From an uncultured bacterium (GTDB lineage Bacteria > CAYJRR01): DNA of 35,538 bases. Of this stretch, positions 18,327-28,839 are shown in pieces. Position 1 is the stretch's first letter; every line of letters starts with the position of its first letter. The translations under genes and the position numbers were made by a program. The notes below the pieces were generated by a model, which saw only the letters and a program-made list of their open reading frames with translations, was not told the DNA's origin and searched no databases. The DNA lies in contig CAYJRR010000038.1 of assembly GCA_964372275.1 (NCBI GenBank), positions 1 through 35,538 on the forward strand, in the 5' to 3' direction.

Positions 18327-20285
18327 ATGCCCGCCGTCCTCCTGGTCTCCTCGGACGACTCCACGTTTCGCGACTTCGAGCGCGCGCTCGCCGGGAGCGA
18401 CCTGGAGCCGATCTCCGCCGACGAGGGGGAGACGGCGCTGATGGCCTACGAGATCGAGAAGCCCGTGGCGGTGATGGTCGCCGACGAGCTCCGCGACCGG
18501 CGAGGCCTGGACCTCGTGGAGACGATCCGCGCGCGACCCGACGGTGCCGGCGTCCCGATCGTGATCCTGGTCGCCAGCCCGCGTTCACCGGCGGCAATGG
18601 CGGCGGCGGCGCGCCGCAAGGGGGTCACCGCCTGCGTCGGCGACGGCGTCGACACAGGCCACCTGCGCGACGCGATCCTCGCGGCCGCCGCGGGCGATCT
18701 TGCGCCGCTGCAGGCGCTGGGAGCGTCTCCGGCGGCCGAGCCGACCGGCGGCCCGCACGCGCCGGACGCGGTGACGGAGGAGGAGGAACCGCCCTCCTCG
18801 TCCGAACGCCGGGGCGCGCTCTCCACGCTCCCCTTCGCGCAGCTCCTCTCCGACCTCCACTTCGAGCGCGCAACCGGGAGCCTGGAGCTCGTCCGCGAGA
18901 AGGTGAAGAAGACGATCTACCTCCGCCATGGAAGCCCCGTCTGCGCCCGGAGCAACGCGATCGGCGAGACGCTCGGCGCCGTGCTGGTGAAGATGGGGAA
19001 GATCACCGAGGAACAACGCGCCGAATCGCGCGAGACGTCGCTCAAGACCAAGAAACGTCACGGCGAGGTCCTGGTCGAGATGGGCCTGATCTCGGCGAAG
19101 GACGTCTCCCTCGCCCTGCAGGCCCAGGCCCGCGCCAAGGTGATCAACTGCTTCGGTTGGGACGACGGGACCTTTCTCTTCCGCGAGTCCGAGGAGGTCC
19201 CCGGCGACGACGCCGAGCTCCGGATGCCGTTCGCCGCCCTGGTCGCCTCGGGCGTGAAGCAACGGTACGACCTGCCCCGGCTGATCAAGGTGCTCGATCC
19301 CCATCTCGCCTCCTGCCCGCGATTCCTTCCCGAGCGGGCGGCGGCGCTCGCAGAGATGAGGCTGGAGCAACCGGAGCGCCGGCTCGTCGGCGACCTGGAC
19401 GGCCGCCGACCGCTGGTGGAGGTCCTGGCGTCGAGTCCGTTGGACGAGCTGGCGACCCATCGACTCCTCGTCTCCACCTTCTTCTCGCGCACCGTCGCGT
19501 TCGTCCCGTTCGACGAGCCGGCCCCGGCGTCCGCGCGACGCACGACCCCCAAACCGGCGGCGCCCCGGCCGCCGGCCACCAGCCGCGAGGTCGCGACCAA
19601 GGTGCAGGCGGCGATCACGCGGATGAGCCAGCAGGACTTCTACGAACGACTCGGTCTCTCCCCGGGCGCCGCCGACGCGAGCGTGAAGGCGGCGTTCCAG
19701 CGATTGGCCAAGGACTACGATCCCGACCTTCTGGCGGCGGACGGCGGGGAGGCGATCCGCACCAAGGCCGACACCCTCTACGCGATGTTGTTCGAGGCGT
19801 TCCAGACGCTGGTCGATCCGGTCAAACGCCGCAAGTACGACGACGACGTGATCCGCGGGAAGACCGACGAAACCTCCGACGCCGGCGCCGCCACCCTCAA
19901 CGCCGAGCACCAGTTCCTCAAAGGGGAGCGCCTGCTGAAGGCGGGGAACGTCGCCAAGGCGCACGAGGCGTTCAAGGCCGCCTACGACCTCTACCCGAAC
20001 GAGAGCGAATACCAGGCCTGTTTCGGCTGGACGCTCTTCAAGCTCCACTTCCCTTCGGACGCGGCGACCTGCGCCGAGGGGGAGGATCTCCTGCGACGTG
20101 CCATCAAGGCGAACGGCCGCAACGACAAGGCCTACCTTTACCTCGGCTCGATCGCGAAGCTGCGCGGCGACCTCGACGAGGCCAAACGCCGGTTCGAGAA
20201 AGCGTTGGAGATCTCTCCGGAGAACGCCGACGCGAAGGCGGAGCTCCGTGCCGTGGCCAACGCGCTGGCCAAGGCCGGAAAATGA
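18327..20285 (+). CDS. Multidomain protein: pseudo-receiver, DUF4388-like/MshEN-like, J-like domain, TPR
   Basis: N-terminal receiver-fold pattern. 'GALSTLPFAQLL...TGSLEL...KTIYLRHG' (DUF4388-like). 'DFYERLGL...VKAAFQRLAKDYDPD...EAFQTLVDPVKRRKYD' (J fold). C-terminal TPR helices. Confidence 0.8.
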   Translation: MPAVLLVSSDDSTFRDFERALAGSDLEPISADEGETALMAYEIEKPVAVMVADELRDRRGLDLVETIRARPDGAGVPIVILVASPRSPAAMAAAARRKGVTACVGDGVDTGHLRDAILAAAAGDLAPLQALGASPAAEPTGGPHAPDAVTEEEEPPSSSERRGALSTLPFAQLLSDLHFERATGSLELVREKVKKTIYLRHGSPVCARSNAIGETLGAVLVKMGKITEEQRAESRETSLKTKKRHGEVLVEMGLISAKDVSLALQAQARAKVINCFGWDDGTFLFRESEEVPGDDAELRMPFAALVASGVKQRYDLPRLIKVLDPHLASCPRFLPERAAALAEMRLEQPERRLVGDLDGRRPLVEVLASSPLDELATHRLLVSTFFSRTVAFVPFDEPAPASARRTTPKPAAPRPPATSREVATKVQAAITRMSQQDFYERLGLSPGAADASVKAAFQRLAKDYDPDLLAADGGEAIRTKADTLYAMLFEAFQTLVDPVKRRKYDDDVIRGKTDETSDAGAATLNAEHQFLKGERLLKAGNVAKAHEAFKAAYDLYPNESEYQACFGWTLFKLHFPSDAATCAEGEDLLRRAIKANGRNDKAYLYLGSIAKLRGDLDEAKRRFEKALEISPENADAKAELRAVANALAKAGK

Positions 20286-20301
20286 CGGTAGAGAGAGCCT
20301 G

Positions 20302-21219
20302 ATGGAACCGACGAAGCTCGTCTGGGTCGACGGAACGCTCGTGGACTGGTCCAAGGCGACCGTCCACGTCATGACCCACTCGCTGCACTACGGGATGGCG
20401 GCGTTCGAGGGGATCCGCGCGTACAAGACGCCGCGCGGAACGGCCATCTTCCGCCTGCACGAGCACCTGCGACGGCTCTACGACAGCGCGAGGATCATGG
20501 GGATCCAGGTCCCCTTCCCGGCCGAAGTGCTCGCCGACGCCTGCCGGGAGACGGTGCGACGGAACGGACTCGACGAGTGCTACGTGCGGCCGCTGGTCTT
20601 CGTCGGCGATGGGCAGATGGGGGTCTACGCGCCGCAGAATCCGATCCGCGTGATCGTGGCGGTCTGGCGCTGGGGCGCCTATCTCGGCGACGAGGGTCTG
20701 AAGGCCGGGATCCGCGCCAAGATCTCCTCCTTCACCCGCGGCGGCCCGAACGCCACCATGAACAAGGCGAAGGTGACGGGGAACTACGTCAACTCGATGC
20801 TCGCCAAGAAGGAGGCGCGCGACCTCGGGTTCGACGAGGCGATCCTGCTCGACCCGGCCGGAATGGTCGCCGAGGGGAGCGGCGAAAACCTGTTCGCCGT
20901 CCGCGACGGGACGCTGATCACGCCGCCGCTGCCGAACGTGCTCGGCGGAATCACCCGCGACACCGTCCTGTCGCTCGCGGCCGACCTCAAGATCCCGACG
21001 GTCGTCCGCAACTTCGCGCGCGACGAGCTCTACACCGCCGACGAGGCGTTCTTCTGCGGTACGGCCGCCGAGATCACGCCGATCCGCGAGATCGACCAGC
21101 GAGCGATCGGCGGCGGCTCCGCCGGACCGATCACCCAGCAGATCCAGCGCGCCTACTTCGCCGCCGTCCGCGGCGAAGGCGGTCCCGAGCGCGCCGCGAA
21201 GTGGCTCAGTCCGGTCTAG
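20302..21219 (+). CDS. ilvE: Branched-chain amino acid aminotransferase
   Basis: 'HSLHYGMAAFEGIRAY', 'YVRPL', 'WGAYLG', 'AKVTGNYVNS', 'EGSGEN', 'GITR', 'GTAAEITP'. Start at ATG 20302. Confidence 0.95.
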   Translation: MEPTKLVWVDGTLVDWSKATVHVMTHSLHYGMAAFEGIRAYKTPRGTAIFRLHEHLRRLYDSARIMGIQVPFPAEVLADACRETVRRNGLDECYVRPLVFVGDGQMGVYAPQNPIRVIVAVWRWGAYLGDEGLKAGIRAKISSFTRGGPNATMNKAKVTGNYVNSMLAKKEARDLGFDEAILLDPAGMVAEGSGENLFAVRDGTLITPPLPNVLGGITRDTVLSLAADLKIPTVVRNFARDELYTADEAFFCGTAAEITPIREIDQRAIGGGSAGPITQQIQRAYFAAVRGEGGPERAAKWLSPV

Positions 21220-21946
21220 CGCGGCCGGCGGCGAGATCGGCGCGGCAGCGCTCGCAGAAGACGAGCGGGAGCACGCCGCGACACAGGACCGGAAAGAGGA
21301 CCTTGGCGATCGAGCGCCGGTCGACGCCGTGGTACATCCGGCAGGCGGCGTCGGTGCAGTGGCCGTTCCGGCCGTGCGGCCCGTCGGCGACCAGGCCCGC
21401 CACGTGCCCGAACTCGTGCACCAGGACCGCCGACTCGACCTTGGCGCGGGTGAGCCACAAGACCGAATCGCGCTCCAGCGGACCGACGAACATCGTCACC
21501 ACGGGCCCGTCGATCGCGTCGTCCAGCGCGCCGGGGGGCCAGTAGACCCCCCGGTAACGCTCGAATCGGTCCCAGTAGAGGACGTAGACGACGTAGGCGG
21601 ACGGATCGCGGACCGCGTGCCGCCGTACGGTCGCGGCGAGCGCCTCCTTGCCGGGTCCCGGCTCGCGCGGGACCAGAGCGCCGCGGCGTACCTCGATCGA
21701 CGCCGGGGACCGATCGGTCTCGCGCCGCAGCCAACGACGGAGGGCGCGCAGCGCCTGCGCATCGGGCTCGCAGCCCGCGATCCAGTCGACCTGGACCACC
21801 AGCCGCGCGGGATCGGCGGTGAGCAGCGCGCGATTCATCGGCGGTGATCCGCCGGCCGAGGCCGCGCGCCTCCCTCCATGACGCGACGCACACCCCACGG
21901 CCGCGAGCGCGACGGCGACGACGAGGAAGCGGGGAAGAGCCCGGAT
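21206..21946 (-). CDS. Zinc metalloprotease lipoprotein (metzincin, archaemetzincin-like); start codon uncertain
   Basis: 'HEFGHVAGL...GHCTDAACRMY...FCERC' and signal/lipobox 'RALPRFLVVAVALAAVGC'. No canonical in-frame start lies between the promoter and the signal peptide, so ATC 21946 is proposed. Confidence 0.7.
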   Translation of the reverse strand: MRALPRFLVVAVALAAVGCASRHGGRRAASAGGSPPMNRALLTADPARLVVQVDWIAGCEPDAQALRALRRWLRRETDRSPASIEVRRGALVPREPGPGKEALAATVRRHAVRDPSAYVVYVLYWDRFERYRGVYWPPGALDDAIDGPVVTMFVGPLERDSVLWLTRAKVESAVLVHEFGHVAGLVADGPHGRNGHCTDAACRMYHGVDRRSIAKVLFPVLCRGVLPLVFCERCRADLAAGRARPD

Positions 21947-21952
21947 CCGCGC

Positions 21953-21960
21953 AGTATAAT
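21953..21960. promoter_or_regulatory. Overlapping divergent -10 elements (TATAAT on +, TATACT on -)
   Basis: AGTATAAT: TATAAT at 21955-21960 is 8 nt before the grpE GTG. TATACT at 21958-21953 faces the metalloprotease gene. Confidence 0.65.
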
Positions 21961-21968
21961 GCGGAAGC

Positions 21969-22964
21969 GTGTCCGACGGCCCCTCGAAGAAGGACGACCA
22001 CGCCATCGAGGTACCGGCCGGCCTGGTCGAGGAGGCGGTGCGCGCCGTCGAAGGGACCGACGCCGGCGTCGACCTCGACGCGATGACGATCGACCAGATC
22101 CTCGACGCGGGTCTCCTACCCGACAAGGTGACCGCCGCCTTTCGCGACGTGCGGTCCCGCGGAGAGGAGGCGCAGCGCCTCGTCGACGCCGCGCGCGATC
22201 AGGCGGCGCAGTTGCGCCGCCAGATCCAGGAGCTCAAGGAGGAGGCGGACGGCTTCCGCAAGCGGGTCACGCGCGAGAAGAACGACGGAATCAAGTTCGC
22301 GAACGAGTCGCTGCTGAAGGAGATCCTGCCCGTCCTCGACAACCTGGAGCGGGCGCTCCAGCACGCGGGGGAGGGGGCGGATGCGGCGGGCGGGGTGCGC
22401 GCCGGGATCGAGATCACCGTCCGACAGTTCCTGCACGTGCTGGCGAAGGTCGGCGTGACGAAGGTGCCGGCGGAGATCGGGAGCGAGTTCGATCCGCGAT
22501 TCCACGAGGCGGTTTCGCAATCGGACCAGGCTCCGCATCCGGCGAACACGATCGCGGCGGTGCTGCAGGCGGGGTATTTCCAGCACGAGAGGCTGTTGCG
22601 GCCGGCGATGGTGTCGGTGTCGACGGGGGTCGGGGCGCGGGAGGAAACGGCGGCCGGGGCCGAGGCCGGGGCCGAGGCAGAGGCCGGGGCCGAGACCGTT
22701 GCCGTATCCGTAGCGGTATCCGAATCGGTATCCGTATCCGTATCCGAATCCAATGCCGAAGCCGTAGCGGTAGCCGAAACCGATGCCGAAGCCGAACCGG
22801 TGACCGACGACGAACCGGCCGCCGCCGCCGACGGCGGGTCCACGGGCTCGGCGGAGTCCGTCCGAACGCACCGGGAGCGGATCACCAAGGTCGGCGCGGC
22901 GGCGCGGGAGGCGCGGAAGCGACGGCGGGCGCGGCGGGGCGGTGGGGGCCGCGGAGGCTCGTAG
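21969..22964 (+). CDS. grpE: Nucleotide exchange factor GrpE with long low-complexity C-terminal extension
   Basis: 'FRKRVTRE', '[11 protein letters not shown]', 'FDPRFHEAV', 'QAGY....[10 protein letters not shown]'. Directly upstream of dnaK. Confidence 0.92.
   Translation: MSDGPSKKDDHAIEVPAGLVEEAVRAVEGTDAGVDLDAMTIDQILDAGLLPDKVTAAFRDVRSRGEEAQRLVDAARDQAAQLRRQIQELKEEADGFRKRVTREKNDGIKFANESLLKEILPVLDNLERALQHAGEGADAAGGVRAGIEITVRQFLHVLAKVGVTKVPAEIGSEFDPRFHEAVSQSDQAPHPANTIAAVLQAGYFQHERLLRPAMVSVSTGVGAREETAAGAEAGAEAEAGAETVAVSVAVSESVSVSVSESNAEAVAVAETDAEAEPVTDDEPAAAADGGSTGSAESVRTHRERITKVGAAAREARKRRRARRGGGGRGGS
22653..22800 (+). repeat. Tandem 12-mer (GCCGGGGCCGAG) and degenerate hexamer (CCGTAT/CCGAAT/CCGTAG) repeats inside the grpE tail
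   Basis: Encodes [14 protein letters not shown] then [18 protein letters not shown]...; the 6-nt periodicity is visible directly. Confidence 0.8.
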
Positions 22965-22980
22965 TATAACGAAAGGCGCC

Positions 22981-24816
<1,836 letters not shown>

Positions 24817-24834
24817 CCGGCCAGGCGTTCGGCG

Positions 24835-25890
24835 ATGGCGCGCGAGAACCGGGAAACGACGGACCATTACGCGCTCCTCGGGGTGCGCACCGACGCGAGC
24901 GCGGACGAGATCAAGCGGGCCTACCGCAAGCTCGCCGTCGAGCTCCATCCCGACCGCAATCCGTCGGAGGAGGCGGAGGCGAGGTTCAAGACGATCACGC
25001 TGGCCTACCAGACGCTGTCGAGCGAGCGCCGGCGCAAGCGATACGACGAGGAGCAGCGGCGCCGGCGAGGATCGATCGTCCTTTGGCAGGGGCCTCCGGC
25101 GCGGACACGCGGAGACGACCTGAAGTATCGGCTGGAGTTGTCGTTCGAGGACGCGGTGCGCGGCGCGACGGTGTCGATCCGTGTCCCGCGGAAGGCGACC
25201 TGCGACCGGTGCGACGGCAGCGGCGCGGCGATCGAGCGGGCCCCCTCGCGCGTGCCACGGTGCGCGGAGTGCGACGGCAAGGGGAAGGTGGTCGACACGC
25301 GCAACCGTCCGCAGGTCTGCGGCCGATGCGACGGCCGCGGGCGGGAACCGATCGAGGCCTGTCCCGACTGCGGCGGCGAGGGACGCCGCCCCCAGGAGGA
25401 GCCACTCGAGGTCCCGATCCCCGCCGGCATCGACGACGGCCGGCGGCTGCGCCTCGCCGGATGGGGGGACGACGGCCGCGCCGGCGGCGACGGCGGGAAC
25501 CTGTTCGTCGTCGTCACGGTGGCGCCGCATCCCCTCCTCCGCCGCGACGGCGACGACGTGCAGGTCGACGTCCCGGTCGACGTCGTCGCGCTGTTGCTCG
25601 GAGGGACGGTGCGGGTGCCGTCGGTCGACGGCCCGGCCGAGGTGACGATCCCCCCCTGCACGCGCCCCGACACGCGGATCACGCTCGCCGGGAAGGGCGT
25701 TCCGCGGGAGAAGGGACGCGGCGACCAGATCGTGACGCTGCGCGCCACCTTCCCGACCGGGCTCTCCCCCGAGCAACGCGCCGCGCTCGGGCGGTTCGCC
25801 TCCTCCGGCAACGCCGACGGAGGAGGAAGCAAGCCGAGGGAGATCCGGGAGTACGAGGCCGCGCTGCGCGCTCTCTACGGAACGAGCTGA
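24835..25890 (+). CDS. dnaJ: DnaJ-family co-chaperone (J domain, zinc finger, C-terminal domain)
   Basis: HPD motif, four CxxCxGxG repeats, and C-terminal domain motif 'GDQIV'. Follows dnaK. Confidence 0.88.
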   Translation: MARENRETTDHYALLGVRTDASADEIKRAYRKLAVELHPDRNPSEEAEARFKTITLAYQTLSSERRRKRYDEEQRRRRGSIVLWQGPPARTRGDDLKYRLELSFEDAVRGATVSIRVPRKATCDRCDGSGAAIERAPSRVPRCAECDGKGKVVDTRNRPQVCGRCDGRGREPIEACPDCGGEGRRPQEEPLEVPIPAGIDDGRRLRLAGWGDDGRAGGDGGNLFVVVTVAPHPLLRRDGDDVQVDVPVDVVALLLGGTVRVPSVDGPAEVTIPPCTRPDTRITLAGKGVPREKGRGDQIVTLRATFPTGLSPEQRAALGRFASSGNADGGGSKPREIREYEAALRALYGTS

Positions 25891-26279
25891 AACCGACGTA
25901 GACGCACGGGCCGGTAGAGTTCGAAATCGCGTCGGTCGAGGGTGAAGATCCGGCGGATCTTCTCGCGCTCCGCGACCCGGACCAGGGCGGCATCGGCCAG
26001 GTCCATCGGCAAGTCCCGATACTTCCGCATCAGCTCGCGGATCCGATCGACGTCCTCGACGCCGAGGGGGAGGATCGTGATGGGCGCCGCCAGTAGGATC
26101 TCCCAGAGCGCCTCCTGCGCGCGCCACGAGAAGGCGAGCAGATACACCGCCTCCGTCAACACCGGCCAGACCGTCGCCAATGGACCACGGATCGATTTCA
26201 TGGCGTCCCGACAGGCCGCGTGGTGTCGATCGTCCGCGTGAACGAGGGCCACCAAGGGCCCGGCATCGACGAGCGTCAC
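25875..26279 (-). CDS. vapC: PIN-domain toxin (VapC family)
   Basis: 'LVDAGPLVAL', 'VLTEA', 'MDLADAALV', 'IFTLDRRDF'. GTGA overlap with the antitoxin gene. Confidence 0.9.
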   Translation of the reverse strand: MTLVDAGPLVALVHADDRHHAACRDAMKSIRGPLATVWPVLTEAVYLLAFSWRAQEALWEILLAAPITILPLGVEDVDRIRELMRKYRDLPMDLADAALVRVAEREKIRRIFTLDRRDFELYRPVRLRRFQLVP

Positions 26280-26551
26280 CGACGGGAGTCCCGTGAGGAC
26301 AAGATCGCCCGAAAGGTCCTTCCCGTCTGTACCGACAAGTCGCGCGGGCCACCGCGGACCGAGCCGATCACGTGCGCGACCCGGTCGTACGGAGACTCCC
26401 TGCGTCCGGGGCCCTCCGACTCCGGCTGCGCCATCGCCTCAATGGCGTCACGGATCACCTCGGAGCGCGTTTGGCTCCGCCGGCGCGCGAGGCGCTCCAC
26501 CACCCGGACAGTGCCGGCATCGAGGCGGACGCTGACGTTGATCGTCTTCAT
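26276..26551 (-). CDS. Ribbon-helix-helix (CopG-like) antitoxin
   Basis: 'INVSVRLD...LARRRSQTRSEVIRDAI' RHH pattern, upstream of and overlapping the PIN gene. Confidence 0.85.
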   Translation of the reverse strand: MKTINVSVRLDAGTVRVVERLARRRSQTRSEVIRDAIEAMAQPESEGPGRRESPYDRVAHVIGSVRGGPRDLSVQTGRTFRAILSSRDSRR

Positions 26552-26560
26552 GAGAACCCC

Positions 26561-26603
26561 ATCTGTATTACAGATATTGTACTACACCGGATTGCCCGCG
26601 CAA
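26561..26603 (-). promoter_or_regulatory. Toxin-antitoxin promoter with autoregulatory operators
   Basis: On the minus strand, TTGCGC (26603-26598), 16 nt, TACAAT (26581-26576). Palindrome ATCTGTA-T-TACAGAT (26561-26575) and a second TGTAnTACA (26578-26586). Confidence 0.75.
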
Positions 26604-26656
26604 GCGACCCCGTAGCGCCTTGACCCCCACCCGATTCCCTGCGAAACAGGCGTTCG

Positions 26657-28690
26657 ATGCCCGTCCGCGTCCGATGGCTCGCGGTTCTCGTCCTCGCCGC
26701 CGCCCTGCCCGCCTGCCACCGCCCGCCGAAGACGGTGCGGATCGACGGGCGAGAGGTCGGCTACGAGGAGGCGGCGCGGGCGGCATTCGCGTCGGCCGAG
26801 GAGGCCTTCACGCAGAAGGATCTGCGCACGGCGTTGGACCGGTTCCACGCGATGGCCCAGCAGTTCCCCCGGAGCCTGCTCGCCGACGACGCGCTGTTCC
26901 GCACCGGTCAGATCTACGAAGGCGCGGGCGACACCCCCAACGCGGCACGCGCCTACCAGACGGTCGTCCAGCAATACGCGTCCGGCGATCGGGCCGGCGA
27001 GGCCCGCTTCCGGCTCGGAATCACGCACGTCCGTGCCGAGCGATGGGCCGACGCGGAGGAGAGCCTCCGTGCCTACGAGAAGTCCCCGTCGGGCGCTCCC
27101 GCGCAGCTGGCGCACGCCCGCCTGCTGGTCGCGGAGTCGCTCGATCGTTTGCAGCGTCCGCTCGACGCCGCCCCGTTCCGGTTCCGCGCCGCCCGGTCGA
27201 TCGAGGACCCGATCCTCGCGGCCTGGACGCGTGAGCGGGCGCTCCAGGCGATCCGGGGTGCGGAGGTCGATCCGCGCCTGCTCCAGGCGCTGGTGGAGGA
27301 GGCGGCCGGCGATCCGGCCGAGGCGGCGCTGCGGGTGCGGCTCGCCGAGGCCCGCTTCGCGGCGCGCGATTACGCCGACGCGGTCGACGCGGCGAAGGTG
27401 GTGATCGAACGGTTCGCGGCGACGCCGGAGGCGGAGGCCGCCCGGTCGATCGTGCGCCGGGCGAACGCGCGCAAGAACGTCGATCCGTCCGTGGTCGGCG
27501 TCGTGGTCCCGCTGACCGGCGATTTCCAGGCCTACGGCCAGAAGGCGCTGCAGGCGATCGCGCTCGCGGCCAACGCCTTCGGTCCCGACGACGGGAAGCG
27601 GCGCGTCCGCCTCGCCGTCCGCGACAGCGCCGGGGATCCGGAGCGCGCGGCCGCGGCCGTCGACGCGCTGTTCGAAGAGGACGGCGTCATCGCGCTGGTG
27701 GGACCGCTGCTCTCCAACGAGACGGAGGCGGCGGCGGCGCGCGCACAGGCGTTGGGCCTTCCGATGATCACCCTCGCGCAGAAGGCGGGGCTCACGGCGG
27801 CAGGGCCCTTCGTCTTCCGCAACAGCATGACCGCTTCGATGCAGGCGCGCGGGATCGCGTCGCACGCCGTGGAACGGCTCGGCCTGAAGCGGTTCGCGAT
27901 CATGTATCCGCGCACCGCCTACGGCGAGGAGCTGGCCTTCCTGTTCTGGGACGAGGTGGTGGCGCGCGGCGGCGAGATCGTCGGCGTCGAGACCTACGAC
28001 CCGAAGGAGAACGACTTCACCGACGAAGTCGAGCGCCTGGTCGGCCGCGCCCCCGAGTTCGTCCCGGCGCGCAAGGAGGAGTGGGAGCGCCTGAAGGCGG
28101 CGGCGTGGAAGGAGCAGCAACGGACCGGCAAGAAGCCGAAGGAGATCGCGCTGCCACCGGTGCTCGACATCGAGGGGCTGTTCGTCCCCGACGACTACAA
28201 GCGCGTCGGCCAGCTGCTCCCGTTCTTCGCGCTGTCCGACGTGCCGATCGGCGGCTACACCGCGCGAAACCCCAACGCGAAGCCGACCGTCCCGCTGGGG
28301 ACGAACGGCTGGAACAACCCCGAGCTGATCTCCCGCGGCGGACGCTACGTCGAGGGGGCCTACTTCGTCGACGCCTTCGTCCCCGATGCCCCGGAGGCGA
28401 AAGGGTTCGTCGAGCGGTTCGTGGGGAGCTTCCTCCGGGTCCCCGACGTGCTCGACGCGCTGGCGTTCGATTCCACCTCGGCGCTGGTGGAGCGCGTCCG
28501 CGCCGGCGCATCGACTCGCGACAAGCTGCGGGACGCGCTGGAGGAGATGCGCGGGTTCAAGGGGGCGACCGGGATGACGGGCTTCGGGAAGGATCGGGAC
28601 GCGGTGCGGGAGCTGACGGTGCTGACCGTCGCCGAGAAGGAGATCCGGCCCTACGTGGCGCCGCCGCCGAGTCCGACGCCGAATCCGTAG
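26657..28690 (+). CDS. LpoA-like lipoprotein: N-terminal TPR plus type-1 periplasmic-binding-fold domain (putative penicillin-binding protein activator)
   Basis: Lipobox 'LPAC'. TPR motifs 'FPRSLLADDALF' and 'EARFRLG'. 'VGVVVPLTG', 'VGPLLS', 'LGTNGWN', 'FKGATG'. Confidence 0.75.
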   Translation: MPVRVRWLAVLVLAAALPACHRPPKTVRIDGREVGYEEAARAAFASAEEAFTQKDLRTALDRFHAMAQQFPRSLLADDALFRTGQIYEGAGDTPNAARAYQTVVQQYASGDRAGEARFRLGITHVRAERWADAEESLRAYEKSPSGAPAQLAHARLLVAESLDRLQRPLDAAPFRFRAARSIEDPILAAWTRERALQAIRGAEVDPRLLQALVEEAAGDPAEAALRVRLAEARFAARDYADAVDAAKVVIERFAATPEAEAARSIVRRANARKNVDPSVVGVVVPLTGDFQAYGQKALQAIALAANAFGPDDGKRRVRLAVRDSAGDPERAAAAVDALFEEDGVIALVGPLLSNETEAAAARAQALGLPMITLAQKAGLTAAGPFVFRNSMTASMQARGIASHAVERLGLKRFAIMYPRTAYGEELAFLFWDEVVARGGEIVGVETYDPKENDFTDEVERLVGRAPEFVPARKEEWERLKAAAWKEQQRTGKKPKEIALPPVLDIEGLFVPDDYKRVGQLLPFFALSDVPIGGYTARNPNAKPTVPLGTNGWNNPELISRGGRYVEGAYFVDAFVPDAPEAKGFVERFVGSFLRVPDVLDALAFDSTSALVERVRAGASTRDKLRDALEEMRGFKGATGMTGFGKDRDAVRELTVLTVAEKEIRPYVAPPPSPTPNP

Positions 28691-28762
28691 CCGTATCGGC
28701 ACCGGTTTCCGATCCGATCGGGTTGGATCCGATACCGCTACCGATCCGGATCGGTTCGGTTT
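28687..28762. repeat. CCGAT/ATCGG-rich nested inverted repeat (REP-like or terminator)
   Basis: GTAGCCGTATCGG...CCGATACCGCTAC arms (1 mismatch), an inner hairpin, and the perfect palindrome ACCGATCCGGATCGGT (28740-28755). Confidence 0.75.
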
Positions 28763-28839
28763 CTTGACCCGCTGCGTCAGTCGGCTCGAGCGCTTTTCCG
28801 TTGAGGAACGCTTCGAGCCGCGTGATATGCAGGAACCGG

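Noticed and set aside
15860..20302. 1480-aa alternative-frame ORF over glnE and the J-like gene
   Set aside because: Arg/Pro/Gly-rich composition typical of off-frame translation in GC-rich DNA.
25870..26650. IS element or integrated mobile element around the toxin-antitoxin pair
   Set aside because: No transposase, integrase, terminal inverted repeats or target-site duplication seen.
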